This document shows positions 1-9,408 of a DNA stretch of 64,000 bases, piece after piece. Origin of the DNA: an uncultured Bacteroidales bacterium (lineage in GTDB: Bacteria > Bacteroidota > Bacteroidia > Bacteroidales > UBA1715); assembly GCA_964346725.1 (NCBI GenBank), contig CAYFVM010000002.1, forward strand, positions 80,326 to 144,325, read 5' to 3'. Made by a program: the position numbers and the translations under genes. How positions within the stretch are numbered: position 1 is the first letter of the stretch; each line of letters opens with the position of its first letter. Below the pieces are notes generated by a model. That model made no database searches. It had not been told where the DNA came from and saw only the letters and a program-made list of their open reading frames with translations.

Positions 1-665
1 CCACCTACAACGCTCACTATTGACTTCCAAGACTTGTTGAGAGCCGTATTTACCATTCCCCATGCGAGCAAACCCAACCCCAGCATTACGATGCTCTCTT
101 TGAGCGGGCCCGCTGTCCATAAAAGACATGATGGCATGAGAAAAATAAAGAAGAGCAGAATGTATTTTGCCTTAAATAATTTTGCAAACGCTTTGTAAAT
201 CAAGAAGAACGAGAAGAGCGATACAAAATCGGCAAACAGATAATGCACTCTGAGCAATTTCCCCGAAACTAACATAACGAGCATATTTGCCCGTATAATT
301 GTTTGATTGTCAGTGAAAAATCCGTATTCATATTGGCGAGTCCAATAATTAGTGTTTCCTAAATATTCCACAATGCGTGGATTGTTCATGTCAATGCCGA
401 GCAAAATTTTAAAATAGTCTAAGACAGAAACCTGCAAGGATTCAAACAGCGCTACCGCATCGTTAAAGTATTTGTGAATGTCGCTGGTGGAAGTGTCGGG
501 GTAATACGTGGTGTAAATGTAGTTCAGCACAACCGATACGCCAATTTTCCCCACGAAGAATGCCAAAATTATCCATTGTGCAATGCCTTGAATCTTGAAA
601 AACGGATGTCTCCAAATAATAAAAAGGAATATGATTGTCCAAGCAAGAGGAAGTAAAATCGCCAT
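1..665 (-). CDS. polytopic integral membrane protein; only the N-terminal part is in the window, and the gene runs off the left edge
   Basis: Absent from the ORF track because there is no stop in the window. My reverse-strand translation from the ATG at 665-663 stays open to position 1 (MAILLPLAWTIIFLFIIWRHPFF...LLFFIFLMPSCLLWTAGPLKESIVMLGLGLLAWG) and contains several hydrophobic helices. Family not recognised. Confidence 0.55.
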   Translation of the reverse strand, partial: MAILLPLAWTIIFLFIIWRHPFFKIQGIAQWIILAFFVGKIGVSVVLNYIYTTYYPDTSTSDIHKYFNDAVALFESLQVSVLDYFKILLGIDMNNPRIVEYLGNTNYWTRQYEYGFFTDNQTIIRANMLVMLVSGKLLRVHYLFADFVSLFSFFLIYKAFAKLFKAKYILLFFIFLMPSCLLWTAGPLKESIVMLGLGLLAWGMVNTALNKSWKSIVSVVG

Positions 666-801
666 CTTCGTTATTTCTTATTGCAAGTATACGTTTTTTT
701 GGCGAACCCTCAATTTTGAGTTTGATTGAATTGCTCTCGATATAATGTAATTTTTCCAATTTTCGTATTGGCTTCTACACCAATATGTAAAGAGATAACT
801 A

Positions 802-809
802 TATCTTTG
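802..809 (+). promoter_or_regulatory. -7 promoter box TAtcTTTG (ubiE)
   Basis: Exact match to the Bacteroides -7 consensus TAnnTTTG, 23 nt upstream of the ATG at 833. Confidence 0.45.
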
Positions 810-832
810 TAGCAAATTCAAGGCGATGAACG

Positions 833-1555
833 ATGGTGATTCCGTACAAAGATTCTCATAAAACGAAAAAAGAGCAAGTTGCGCAAATGTTCAATAACAT
901 AGCCGGCACGTATGATTTTTTGAATCATACACTGTCGCTCAATATTGACAAAATCTGGCGTAACAAAGCAATAAAAGCACTCAAACCATTGAATCCGCAG
1001 ACCATGCTGGACGTGGCTACTGGTACTGGCGATTTTGCATTGCTTTCAGCTCAAAAGTTACATCCGTCAAAGATTATGGGAATTGACATTTCGGAAAAAA
1101 TGTTGGAGGTTGGCGTTGAAAAAATTGCCAAACAAAATCTGCAATCGGTTGTTTCGCTAGAAGTGGGTGATGCTGAAAATTTATCGTTTCCCGATGCCAG
1201 TTTCGATGCTGTTACGGTTGGGTTTGGTGTGCGAAATTTTGAGAATTTACAGAAAGGTTTACAAGAAATTCAGCGTGTGTTGAAACCAAATGGCGTTGCG
1301 GCAATTTTGGAATTTTCAATGCCCGAACATTTCCCAGTAAAACAAGTGTACACGTTCTATTTTAAACATATATTACCCACAATAGGCAAAATGTTTTCAA
1401 AAGATTACGATGCGTATTTCTATCTTTTTAATTCGGTGCAAGAGTTTCCGTATGGCGAAAACTTTGTGCAGGAAACCTTAAAAGCCGGTTTTACAAATAC
1501 TAATGTTCATTCTTTATCGTTTGGAATTGCATCACTTTACATTTGTACCAAGTAA
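833..1555 (+). CDS. ubiE: demethylmenaquinone / ubiquinone C-methyltransferase (UbiE/MenG family)
   Basis: 240 aa. N-terminus KEQVAQMFNNIAGTYDFLNHTLSLNIDKIWR and SAM-binding motif LDVATGTGDFA are typical of UbiE/MenG. Confidence 0.9.
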   Translation: MVIPYKDSHKTKKEQVAQMFNNIAGTYDFLNHTLSLNIDKIWRNKAIKALKPLNPQTMLDVATGTGDFALLSAQKLHPSKIMGIDISEKMLEVGVEKIAKQNLQSVVSLEVGDAENLSFPDASFDAVTVGFGVRNFENLQKGLQEIQRVLKPNGVAAILEFSMPEHFPVKQVYTFYFKHILPTIGKMFSKDYDAYFYLFNSVQEFPYGENFVQETLKAGFTNTNVHSLSFGIASLYICTK

Positions 1556-1564
1556 AAAAAGTTT

Positions 1565-2293
1565 TTGTTGAAAAAGACACTTTACATATTTCTCTTAGTA
1601 CTGCTGACTACGCAAGGTTTTGCGCAGCAAAAGAAAATTTTGAACAATCAAGCGTACGATAAGAAAATGTTTCATCTTGGTTTTACTCTCGGGACAAATC
1701 AAATGAATTATCGGATATTTCCGGACTCAACACTTCTTTTAACGGGATTGGCAGACTCAGTCTATAACGTTGAATCGCATGGTACTGTAGGTATCAATTT
1801 GGGAGTTGTAAGTGAATTGCGCATGGGTAATTATTTATCGCTTCGCTTTTTACCAGGATTAATGTTTGGGCAACGAAACTTGGTTTATCAAATGCGTAAA
1901 CCGGGTTCTCCACGATTTGAGCCTACTTTAAATGAATACATAATGAAAGTTTCGAGCATATACATTGACGCTCCGCTTTTGTTGAAGTATAAGGCAAAGC
2001 GAATTAATAATTATCGCCCGTATCTTATCGGAGGTATGGCAGTTCGCTATGACCTTGATACAAGACGAATTGCGAGAGATAATGATGATTATTCCATAAA
2101 TCAAATTCCACTTGATTATTTCTACGAATTTGGTTTTGGCGTAGATTTCTTTCTTGTCTATTTTAAGTTTGCCGCAGAGTTTAAATATAGTTTCGGTATG
2201 CGAAATATTCTTCGAGAAGAGCCCACAGAATATTGCACGGCAATTGATGCTTTAAAAAGCCGAATGTTTATTCTGTCATTTCATTTTGAATAA
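1565..2293 (+). CDS. porT: PorT/SprT-like outer-membrane beta-barrel protein (T9SS-associated family)
   Basis: 242 aa with a signal peptide ending FAQQ and alternating beta-strand pattern ending in an aromatic residue. Size and position downstream of ubiE match my recollection of PorT-family genes. Starts on TTG (two TTG codons in a row), with no in-frame ATG nearby. Confidence 0.55.
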   Translation: MLKKTLYIFLLVLLTTQGFAQQKKILNNQAYDKKMFHLGFTLGTNQMNYRIFPDSTLLLTGLADSVYNVESHGTVGINLGVVSELRMGNYLSLRFLPGLMFGQRNLVYQMRKPGSPRFEPTLNEYIMKVSSIYIDAPLLLKYKAKRINNYRPYLIGGMAVRYDLDTRRIARDNDDYSINQIPLDYFYEFGFGVDFFLVYFKFAAEFKYSFGMRNILREEPTEYCTAIDALKSRMFILSFHFE

Positions 2294-2387
2294 GTATGAT
2301 ACAAACACTCTCAATACAAGTTTCGCCTAAAATTGCCGCAAATGAATTCTTGCTAAAAAAACGGTAGCGGAACAATTACCTCTCTCA

Positions 2388-3848
2388 ATGAACGACATTC
2401 ACGAGGTACGAATTACCAAACGTTCTATAGATGCGCGTTCGCGAAATATCAAAATAAACCTTACGTTGCTCGTAGCCTGTGGCGACGATGCAACGATTCC
2501 TCACGAACCCTTGCGTTTCGAGAAACGTGATGTTTCGCTTTGTCCTGAAGTCCACATTGTTGGTGCTGGGCCGGCCGGTTTGTTTGCCGCTTTGCACTTG
2601 ATAGAATTGAATTTAAAACCGGTATTGATTGAGCAAGGAAAAAATGTGTCGGAACGCAAAAAAGACATTGCCATATTAAATCAAAACCGCGGCTGCAATC
2701 CCTTGTCGAACTACTGTTTTGGCGAAGGAGGAGCCGGCACATTCACCGACGGAAAACTTTATACCCGTTCCAAGAAAAAAGGCGATAACCGCCGTGTGTT
2801 CGAGTTGTTTGTGATACATGGTGCAAAATCATCAATTCTCGTTGATGCGCATCCACATATTGGCTCCGATAAGTTGCCCGATGTGATTGCGAACATGCGC
2901 AAAACCATTATAGAATGCGGTGGTGAAATTCATTTTAATACGCAAGTTACCGGATTTGAAATTTCTAATAATGCCATTACAAAATTGCTGTGCGGAAATG
3001 ATACCATTGCCGTGAAGCAAGTAATTCTCTCGTGTGGACATTCGGCACGACCATTGTACTATGCGTTGCAACAGTCGGGTGTTGCCCTCGAAGCCAAAGC
3101 CTGCGCTATGGGTGTGCGTGTAGAGCATCCGCAAGATTTGATTGACCACATTCAGTATCACGGAAATTGTATGCCCGAATTGCCGGCAGCAACGTATTCT
3201 CTCGTACATCAGTCAGATGGGCGAGGAGTGTATTCGTTCTGTATGTGCCCGGGCGGCATTATAGTTCCTGCCATGACTGGCAACAATCAGACTGTGGTAA
3301 ATGGAATGTCAAACTCGCGTAGAAATTCACCCTTTGCCAACTCCGGTATGGTGGTGGAAATTCAATTGCAAGACTATGCAGAATTTCAACAATACGGAGA
3401 ACTTGCGGGTTTAAAATTTCAAGAACAATTTGAGTCCTTAGCCTTCCAAAATGGAGGACAAAATCAAGTAGCTCCGGCACAACGCATTTCTGACTTTGTT
3501 CGAGGAAAAATATCAGGTTCGTTACCTGAAACCTCATATTTGCCGGGCGTAATTACGTCGCCTATGCACTTTTGGATGCCCGAAATTATAGCAAAACGCT
3601 TACAAGATGGTTTGAAAACCTTTGACCGTCAAATGCACGGATTTGCCAGCTCCGACGGAATAATTGTGGGCGTTGAATCTCGTTCGTCATCACCGGTGCG
3701 CATTCCTCGCAATCCCGATACCTTGTCGCACATACAAATAGGAAATTTGTATCCGTGTGGCGAAGGTGCAGGCTATGCCGGCGGTATTGTTTCTTCAGCA
3801 ATCGACGGAATGCTCTGCGCGGAAAAGATTGCTATTATTGCACAATAG
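2388..3848 (+). CDS. FAD-dependent oxidoreductase (COG2509-like); the 5' end appears frameshifted (see finding)
   Basis: 486 aa. Dinucleotide-binding motif VHIVGAGPAGLFAAL, then GEGGAGTFTDGKL and a C-terminal GEGAGYAGGI motif. A 23-codon upstream ORF (2296-2367) looks like the displaced N-terminus. Confidence 0.85.
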   Translation: MNDIHEVRITKRSIDARSRNIKINLTLLVACGDDATIPHEPLRFEKRDVSLCPEVHIVGAGPAGLFAALHLIELNLKPVLIEQGKNVSERKKDIAILNQNRGCNPLSNYCFGEGGAGTFTDGKLYTRSKKKGDNRRVFELFVIHGAKSSILVDAHPHIGSDKLPDVIANMRKTIIECGGEIHFNTQVTGFEISNNAITKLLCGNDTIAVKQVILSCGHSARPLYYALQQSGVALEAKACAMGVRVEHPQDLIDHIQYHGNCMPELPAATYSLVHQSDGRGVYSFCMCPGGIIVPAMTGNNQTVVNGMSNSRRNSPFANSGMVVEIQLQDYAEFQQYGELAGLKFQEQFESLAFQNGGQNQVAPAQRISDFVRGKISGSLPETSYLPGVITSPMHFWMPEIIAKRLQDGLKTFDRQMHGFASSDGIIVGVESRSSSPVRIPRNPDTLSHIQIGNLYPCGEGAGYAGGIVSSAIDGMLCAEKIAIIAQ

Positions 3849-3890
3849 AAATAAAAAATTGCTATTTGTTTACTTAAAAAATAGAAGAAA

Positions 3891-4577
3891 ATGAGAAAAG
3901 TATTTAAGTATATATTTGCAATGGTATTATGTGGCTTGGTCACATATAGTTTTACGTCATGTGACGATAATAAAAATGAAGATCCTCAACCTGAAACAGA
4001 AAAAAATAAAGAAGGTGAGAATAGCGAAAAATTTAATGGAGAGTTGGTTGATTTAGGTCTTTCTGTAAAATGGGCCGCTTGTAACATAGGAGCGGATAGC
4101 CCAGAAGAATATGGTAATTATTATGCATGGGGAGAATTAGAAACTAAAAATGACTATTCCGAGGAGAATAGTGCAACGTATGGATTGCTTATTGAAGAAT
4201 TACAAGCAAAAGGTATAATAAACGAAGACACCGTCTTAAATGAGGCATATGACGTGGCTCACGTTCGTTTGGATGGAAGTTGGAGAATGCCAACGAAAGC
4301 CGAATATGAGGAATTAATTGAAAAGTGCACATGGAATTTAACAGTATCAGGAAACGGAGTATTTGGATATACGGTGACTGGTCCGAATGGAAATAGTATT
4401 CTTCTTCCTGACGCTGGTTTTTGTGTAGATTCTTCTTGCTACGACGATTGCGCGTTTCTTTTATATTGGACGTCTAATCCTTTTGAGAACTCAAAATCCT
4501 CATACTATCTTTCAGACGATTGTATCAACACTACTGACCGCAGCTGTGGTTTACCTATTCGCCCTGTTGCAAAATAG
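3891..4577 (+). CDS. lipoprotein with a FISUMP/DUF1566-like domain
   Basis: 228 aa. Lipobox SFTSC, a low-complexity linker, then VKWAACNIGA...YGNYYAWGE...WRMPTKAEYEELI, the pattern of the Fibrobacter-paralogous / DUF1566-type domain. Confidence 0.6.
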   Translation: MRKVFKYIFAMVLCGLVTYSFTSCDDNKNEDPQPETEKNKEGENSEKFNGELVDLGLSVKWAACNIGADSPEEYGNYYAWGELETKNDYSEENSATYGLLIEELQAKGIINEDTVLNEAYDVAHVRLDGSWRMPTKAEYEELIEKCTWNLTVSGNGVFGYTVTGPNGNSILLPDAGFCVDSSCYDDCAFLLYWTSNPFENSKSSYYLSDDCINTTDRSCGLPIRPVAK

Positions 4578-4595
4578 TAAGTATAAATTACATTT

Positions 4596-4640
4596 AATGA
4601 TTATCAATATGGTGGTACAAATGGGGATAATCATTATTTT
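4596..4640. terminator. AT-rich hairpin between convergent genes (possible bidirectional terminator)
   Basis: AATGATTATC (4596-4605) pairs with GATAATCATT (4626-4635) across a 20-nt loop, followed by ATTTTT. Confidence 0.35.
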
Positions 4641-4663
4641 TAATTAAAGAAACCGATAGCTTT

Positions 4664-5410
4664 TTATAATCTTCTTCTACAAAATTCCGAGCAGAGAATT
4701 GCTGTAGCAACGGCTACGTTGAGCGATTCTGATGTTTTGCCGGTAGTGTTAAACGATGGAATGTGTATGGCGTTTGTGGCACATTTTGCAACCGCATCGC
4801 TTATGCCGTTTCCTTCGTTGCCCATCACTAAAATAGCATCGTGGGGAATTTCTGCGGTATACACGTTTTCGCCTTCCATGTCGGCCACAAAAATCGGTGT
4901 TTTGCATGTGGCAAGAAATTTTGGCAAATCTACATAGTGCGTAGGTATGCGGAATACAGAGCCCATGGTGGCTTGCACTACTTTGGGGTTGAATGTGTCA
5001 ACGCAGTCTTCGGAGCAAATTATTTGTTCAACGCCAAACCAATCAGCAAGGCGAATTATGGTGCCCATATTGCCGGGGTCTTGCACGCCGTCTAATGCCA
5101 GTGTGAGCCCTGAACCAATGGTGCATTCTTTCGTTTCAGTAGGGAAGTGAGCCAAGGCCCATACGTCTTGTGGGTTTTGCAATAGAGAAATGCGCGCAAT
5201 GTCGTCGTGTGAGGCGGTGTAGCACTCACATTTTGGGTTGTGAGTAGAAAACCATTCTTCTGTGGCAACAATGCATTCCGTGGTAAACGAGGAATTGAGC
5301 AGTTCTTCAACCATTTTTGTTCCTTCTACCACAAATAAACCTTCTGCCTCGCGCGTTTTCTTTTTCCCAAACGCCGAAAAATATTTGATTTTGTTCTTGC
5401 TCAGTTCCAT
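4664..5410 (-). CDS. TrmH/SpoU-family RNA 2'-O-methyltransferase
   Basis: The C-terminal SpoU methylase motifs DGVQDPGNMGTIIRLADWFG, LVMGNEGNGIS and SLNVAVATAIL are present. I prefer the start at MELSKNK (5410) over the track's start at 5440. Confidence 0.85.
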   Translation of the reverse strand: MELSKNKIKYFSAFGKKKTREAEGLFVVEGTKMVEELLNSSFTTECIVATEEWFSTHNPKCECYTASHDDIARISLLQNPQDVWALAHFPTETKECTIGSGLTLALDGVQDPGNMGTIIRLADWFGVEQIICSEDCVDTFNPKVVQATMGSVFRIPTHYVDLPKFLATCKTPIFVADMEGENVYTAEIPHDAILVMGNEGNGISDAVAKCATNAIHIPSFNTTGKTSESLNVAVATAILCSEFCRRRL

Positions 5411-5471
5411 AGAAAAGACCTTGTTGGCACAAATATGCAATTAATTTCGTTTGTGGCAACGGCTATTTTGT

Positions 5472-5479
5472 TATTTTTG
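5472..5479 (+). promoter_or_regulatory. -7 box TAttTTTG (metF / ABC-F)
   Basis: TAnnTTTG match 18 nt upstream of the ATG at 5498. Confidence 0.45.
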
Positions 5480-5497
5480 CCACATAAATCAGTAGTA

Positions 5498-6427
5498 ATG
5501 AACGTAGCAGAAAGTATTAAGAATACAAAGAAAACTTTGTTTTCTTTTGAGGTCTTGCCTCCATTGAAAGGAAAGGGTATTGAGGGTATCTATAATACAA
5601 TTGATCCATTGTTGGAGTTCAATCCACAGTTCGTCAATATTACCACTCATTGTGAACAGTATGATGCAGCTGGCAAACGTAGTCGCAGACGCCCAGGCAC
5701 GGTTGCTGTGGCTGCAGCAATTATGCATAAATATTCTATTCCTGTTGTTCCTCATATTTTGTGTGGCGGTTTCACTCGCGAAGAAACTGAGTATGTCTTG
5801 ATGGATTTGAATTTTCTCGGCATTGATAATTTGCTCGTGCTTCGTGGCGATGGGAGAAATAAAGAAGAATATCAGCCGGAAGATGGTGGCAATCGCTATG
5901 CCGCTGATTTGTTGCGTCAGGTGGGCGATATGAATCGTGGAAAATATCTTGACGATGAAAAAGAAAACTCGTCGGTAGCAACAAACTTTAATTGTGGCGT
6001 TGCGGGCTATCCTGAGAAACATTATTCGGCTACTTCATTAGATGAAGATATTCAACATTTGAAAGAAAAAATTGATGCAGGCGGACAGTACATTGTCACT
6101 CAAATGTTTTTCGATAATCAAAAATATTTTGAATTCGTTGACAAATGTCGCAAGGCAGGAATTACCGTGCCAATCGTGCCGGGCATAAAACCAATAGGAT
6201 TTATGAGCCAGGTAGACGTGTTGCCAAAAATCTTTAGTTTGCAATTGCCACAAGCATTAGAACAAGCTTTGCGCAAATGCAAAACGAATGAAGAGGCAGC
6301 AACAGTGGGCACCGAGTGGGCTATATTGCAAGCGAAAGAACTCATGGCGCACAATGTACCTTCGCTCCATTGGTTCACCTATTCAGACCCTGCACAAGTG
6401 ATACAAATAGCAAAATCCGTGTATTAA
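5498..6427 (+). CDS. metF: methylenetetrahydrofolate reductase
   Basis: FSFEVLPPLKGKG...NITTH...VPHILCGG...LVLRGD are typical MetF motifs. I prefer the start at MNVAESIKN (5498), which has a TAnnTTTG box 18 nt upstream. Confidence 0.9.
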   Translation: MNVAESIKNTKKTLFSFEVLPPLKGKGIEGIYNTIDPLLEFNPQFVNITTHCEQYDAAGKRSRRRPGTVAVAAAIMHKYSIPVVPHILCGGFTREETEYVLMDLNFLGIDNLLVLRGDGRNKEEYQPEDGGNRYAADLLRQVGDMNRGKYLDDEKENSSVATNFNCGVAGYPEKHYSATSLDEDIQHLKEKIDAGGQYIVTQMFFDNQKYFEFVDKCRKAGITVPIVPGIKPIGFMSQVDVLPKIFSLQLPQALEQALRKCKTNEEAATVGTEWAILQAKELMAHNVPSLHWFTYSDPAQVIQIAKSVY

Positions 6428-8331
6428 TGATTTCGATTAACAACCTTGCCGTTAGATTTGGCGGTTACACCCTTTTTGAAAATATTTCTGTAATGATTAC
6501 CGAACAAGACAAAATAGGTCTTGTTGGGAGAAATGGTGCGGGAAAATCTACCTTACTTAAAATAATTGCCGGTCAAGATTCTGCTTCGGAAGGCGAAGTG
6601 GTGATTGCCGATGGCTGCAAAGTGGGCTATTTGCCGCAAACCATGAGAGTTTCCGATGGCAAAACGGTGCTTGAAGAAGTAAAAGGTGCTTTTATAGAAT
6701 TGAATGAAATTCAGCGAAAAATAGATGCGTGCAATGCCGAAATAGCCACACGTACCGATTATGAGTCTGATTCATACTTTAAACTGATACACAAAGTAAC
6801 CGATTTGGGTGACCAATTGGAAATGATGGGAGGAAGTTCAGTGGAAGGCGATATGGAGCAAATGCTTATGGGTTTGGGCTTTTCGCGTGCCGATTTCAAT
6901 AGAAAAACTTCCGAGTTCAGTGGCGGTTGGCGTATGCGTATTGAGTTAGTGAAAATTTTGCTCCGCAGACCACAATTGTTGCTCCTTGATGAGCCTACCA
7001 ACCACCTTGACATTGTGTCAATTCAATGGCTTGAAAAATTCTTGATTCAGTATCGTGGTGCAATTATTCTTATTTCACACGACCGTCGTTTTCTTGATGC
7101 AATTACAAAGAAAACGTTTGAGATTAGTTTGAATAAACTTACAACATATTCTGCTCCGTACAGTCAATATTTGACGTTGAAAGAAGATCGCTACCAACAA
7201 CAACTTGCGGCGTATGAGAATCAACAGAAAATGATAGCCGACACGGAAAAATTCATTGAACGATTCCGCTATAAAGCAACAAAATCAGTGCAGGTGCAGT
7301 CGCGCATTAAGCAACTGGAAAAAGTTGACCGCATTGAGATAGAGAAAAAAGACGCAGGAGCGTTTCGCATAAAATTTCCACCTGCTCCTCGTTCGGGAAA
7401 TATGGTACTCAAAGCCGAAAATGTGGTGAAGAAGTATGGCCAAAAAACCGTGCTGAATGGTGTAGGACTGCTTGTTGAACGCGGACAAAAAGTTGCTTTT
7501 GTGGGCAAGAATGGTGAAGGTAAGTCAACCTTTATCAAAACGATTTTGAATGAGGTTGAATATTCCGGTGAAATCACCGTTGGACACAATGTGAACATTG
7601 GCTATTTCGCCCAAAATCAAGATGAGATTCTCGACGAAAATGCAACGGTGTTTGATACGCTTGACAGAATTGCGGTAGGCGATATTCGTACCAAGTTGCG
7701 CGATATATTGGGCGCATTTTTCTTTAGTGGCGAAGACATTGACAAGAAAGTAAAAGTGCTTTCAGGTGGTGAGCGAAATCGTTTGGCTATGGCTAAATTG
7801 ATGTTGCAACCATACAACTTGCTTATACTCGATGAGCCGACAAACCACCTTGATATTCAGTCAAAAGCGGTGTTGAAGCAAGCCTTGCAAAAGTATGACG
7901 GCACTTTGATTTTGGTCTCTCACGACCGAGATTTTCTTGATGGTTTAACTACTCATATTTATGAGGTGAAGAATACCCAAATTAAAGAGGTTATGAGTAA
8001 TTTGGAAACTTACCTTGATCAATTGCGACAAGAGGAATTAGAATCGGCGAAAACCCCAAATAAAGTAGAAGAGAAGCCTTCTGCGAACAACAGCAAAGAG
8101 AGTTATATTCAGCAAAAAGAAAAAGAGAAAGAGCAACGAAAGTTGCAAACTCAAATTTCAAAGATAGAAAAGCAAATACAAGATTGCGAGGCTGAAATAT
8201 ACGACTTGAATATGAAATTCATTGAAGATTCTACTCACGTAACTCCGGAAGATTACAAGCGTCACGATGATTTGCAAACGCAAGTAGAAGACCTAACCGC
8301 AGAGTGGGACAAGTTGGTAAGCCAAAGCTAG
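6427..8331 (+). CDS. ABC-F family ATPase (two ATP-binding cassettes, C-terminal coiled coil)
   Basis: Two Walker A motifs (GRNGAGKST, GKNGEGKST) and two signature/Walker B pairs (LSGGWRMR..LLLLDEPTNHLD, LSGGERNR..LLILDEPTNHLD), with no transmembrane domain. The real start MISINNLAVRF overlaps the metF stop (TAATG). Confidence 0.9.
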   Translation: MISINNLAVRFGGYTLFENISVMITEQDKIGLVGRNGAGKSTLLKIIAGQDSASEGEVVIADGCKVGYLPQTMRVSDGKTVLEEVKGAFIELNEIQRKIDACNAEIATRTDYESDSYFKLIHKVTDLGDQLEMMGGSSVEGDMEQMLMGLGFSRADFNRKTSEFSGGWRMRIELVKILLRRPQLLLLDEPTNHLDIVSIQWLEKFLIQYRGAIILISHDRRFLDAITKKTFEISLNKLTTYSAPYSQYLTLKEDRYQQQLAAYENQQKMIADTEKFIERFRYKATKSVQVQSRIKQLEKVDRIEIEKKDAGAFRIKFPPAPRSGNMVLKAENVVKKYGQKTVLNGVGLLVERGQKVAFVGKNGEGKSTFIKTILNEVEYSGEITVGHNVNIGYFAQNQDEILDENATVFDTLDRIAVGDIRTKLRDILGAFFFSGEDIDKKVKVLSGGERNRLAMAKLMLQPYNLLILDEPTNHLDIQSKAVLKQALQKYDGTLILVSHDRDFLDGLTTHIYEVKNTQIKEVMSNLETYLDQLRQEELESAKTPNKVEEKPSANNSKESYIQQKEKEKEQRKLQTQISKIEKQIQDCEAEIYDLNMKFIEDSTHVTPEDYKRHDDLQTQVEDLTAEWDKLVSQS

Positions 8332-8333
8332 TC

Positions 8334-8987
8334 CTATTCTTCTTCTCCAGAATGCCATTCTGCAAGAAATTCGTGTACAAACTCTTCTAAGAAAGCGTGA
8401 CGAGTTTCTGCTAATTCTTTGGCAGTAGGAGTGTTCATTAAGTATTTTAGTTTGAACAGTTTTTCGTGAAAATGGTTGAGTGTTGGACCATTGGAATTGC
8501 GGTATTCGTCGGCATTTTCAAACTCTTGTGGAGGAATTTCAGGATTGTACAACTCACGATTTTTGTAGCCACCGTAATGGAATGCACGAGCTATACCAAT
8601 AGCGCCAATAGCATCAAGTCTGTCGGCATCTTGCACTATGGCGCACTCAATTGATGGAATGCGATTTGCAAAGCCTCCTTTGTATGATATGTTTTGTATG
8701 ATGTCTATAATTTGGGCAATTTCTGTTGATTTGAATTTCGCCTTTTTGAGAATGTTCTCGGTAAGTTTCAAACCAATAACGGTGTTACCGTTGCTGAATT
8801 TTTCATCAGAAACGTCGTGGAGTAGCGCTGCCGCTTGAATTATGGGCAAGTTTCCACCTTCGCTTTTAGCAATTATCTCTGCATTGTTTTTTACACGAAT
8901 TGCATGAGAATAGTCGTGTCCGCATTCCGCGTTTTGGAGGGTGCGTTTTACTTCTGTTTGTATAGATTCAATACGTTTGTCGTTCAT
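8334..8987 (-). CDS. HD-domain phosphohydrolase (YedJ-like)
   Basis: 217 aa with HDYSHAIRV...LLHDVSD...DADRLDAIGAIGIAR, the HD superfamily metal-binding pattern. Confidence 0.85.
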   Translation of the reverse strand: MNDKRIESIQTEVKRTLQNAECGHDYSHAIRVKNNAEIIAKSEGGNLPIIQAAALLHDVSDEKFSNGNTVIGLKLTENILKKAKFKSTEIAQIIDIIQNISYKGGFANRIPSIECAIVQDADRLDAIGAIGIARAFHYGGYKNRELYNPEIPPQEFENADEYRNSNGPTLNHFHEKLFKLKYLMNTPTAKELAETRHAFLEEFVHEFLAEWHSGEEE

Positions 8988-8991
8988 GCTT

Positions 8992-9022
8992 ATATAAAAA
9001 AGAGGGACGAAAAATCGTCCCT
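8992..9022 (-). terminator. rho-independent terminator of the RND operon
   Basis: The reverse strand reads AGGGACG-ATTTTT-CGTCCCT followed by CTTTTTTATA, 37 nt after the stop of the P-II-like gene. Confidence 0.65.
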
Positions 9023-9058
9023 ACAAATGTAAATTAAATTTAAGAAAGTTTACTACTC

Positions 9059-9352
9059 TTAAATAGTTTGCTCAATATTCCATACAAATGCGCGAATACC
9101 GACTTCCGTATTTCTTTTGTCAAGTTTTTTGATTAAGGTTAAAACGTCTTCAACTTTTTCGTCGTCAACCATTGTTACGATTGCGGAATTCATTTCTGGC
9201 CACGTGTGTGTGCCTCTGTGTGGGTCTCCGTCAACTGATCCGCGACCTTGCACTTCTTCCCAAAACGTAAAGCCACGAACTTTGAGAGTATCAAGAATGA
9301 ATTCTACTCGTTCGGTATTTGCTTGATTAAATGTGATAAATATAGCTTTCAT
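9059..9352 (-). CDS. small P-II-like transporter-associated protein (PG0541 family)
   Basis: About 98 aa from MKAIFITFNQ..., with GRGSVDGDPHRGTHTWPEMNSAIV. It is the last gene of the RND operon. An alternative ATG at 9406 lies 2 nt after the RND stop. Confidence 0.7.
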   Translation of the reverse strand: MKAIFITFNQANTERVEFILDTLKVRGFTFWEEVQGRGSVDGDPHRGTHTWPEMNSAIVTMVDDEKVEDVLTLIKKLDKRNTEVGIRAFVWNIEQTI

Positions 9353-9408
9353 CGGTTCTTTATTTTGAGAGGATTTATGGACAACCATAAATCCTCTATT
9401 TGACATAA

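Noticed and set aside
463-759. Track ORFs 463..759 (-) and 474..656 (+).
   Set aside because: Both overlap, in other frames, the longer open reverse-strand frame that starts at 665 and runs off the window edge with clear transmembrane character. I treat them as shadow ORFs.
6316-6426. 5' extensions of track ORFs into upstream genes: ABC-F from 6316, truB from 58156, ung from 60914, GH27 from 25586, metF from 5435, trmH-like to 5440.
   Set aside because: The extensions overlap the preceding genes or lack signal-peptide and family similarity. Internal ATGs give family-typical N-termini ([42 protein letters not shown]).
8329-8336. Convergent ABC-F and HD-domain genes whose stop codons are only 2 nt apart with no hairpin.
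   Set aside because: Noted as tight packing only. There is no evidence of a functional element.
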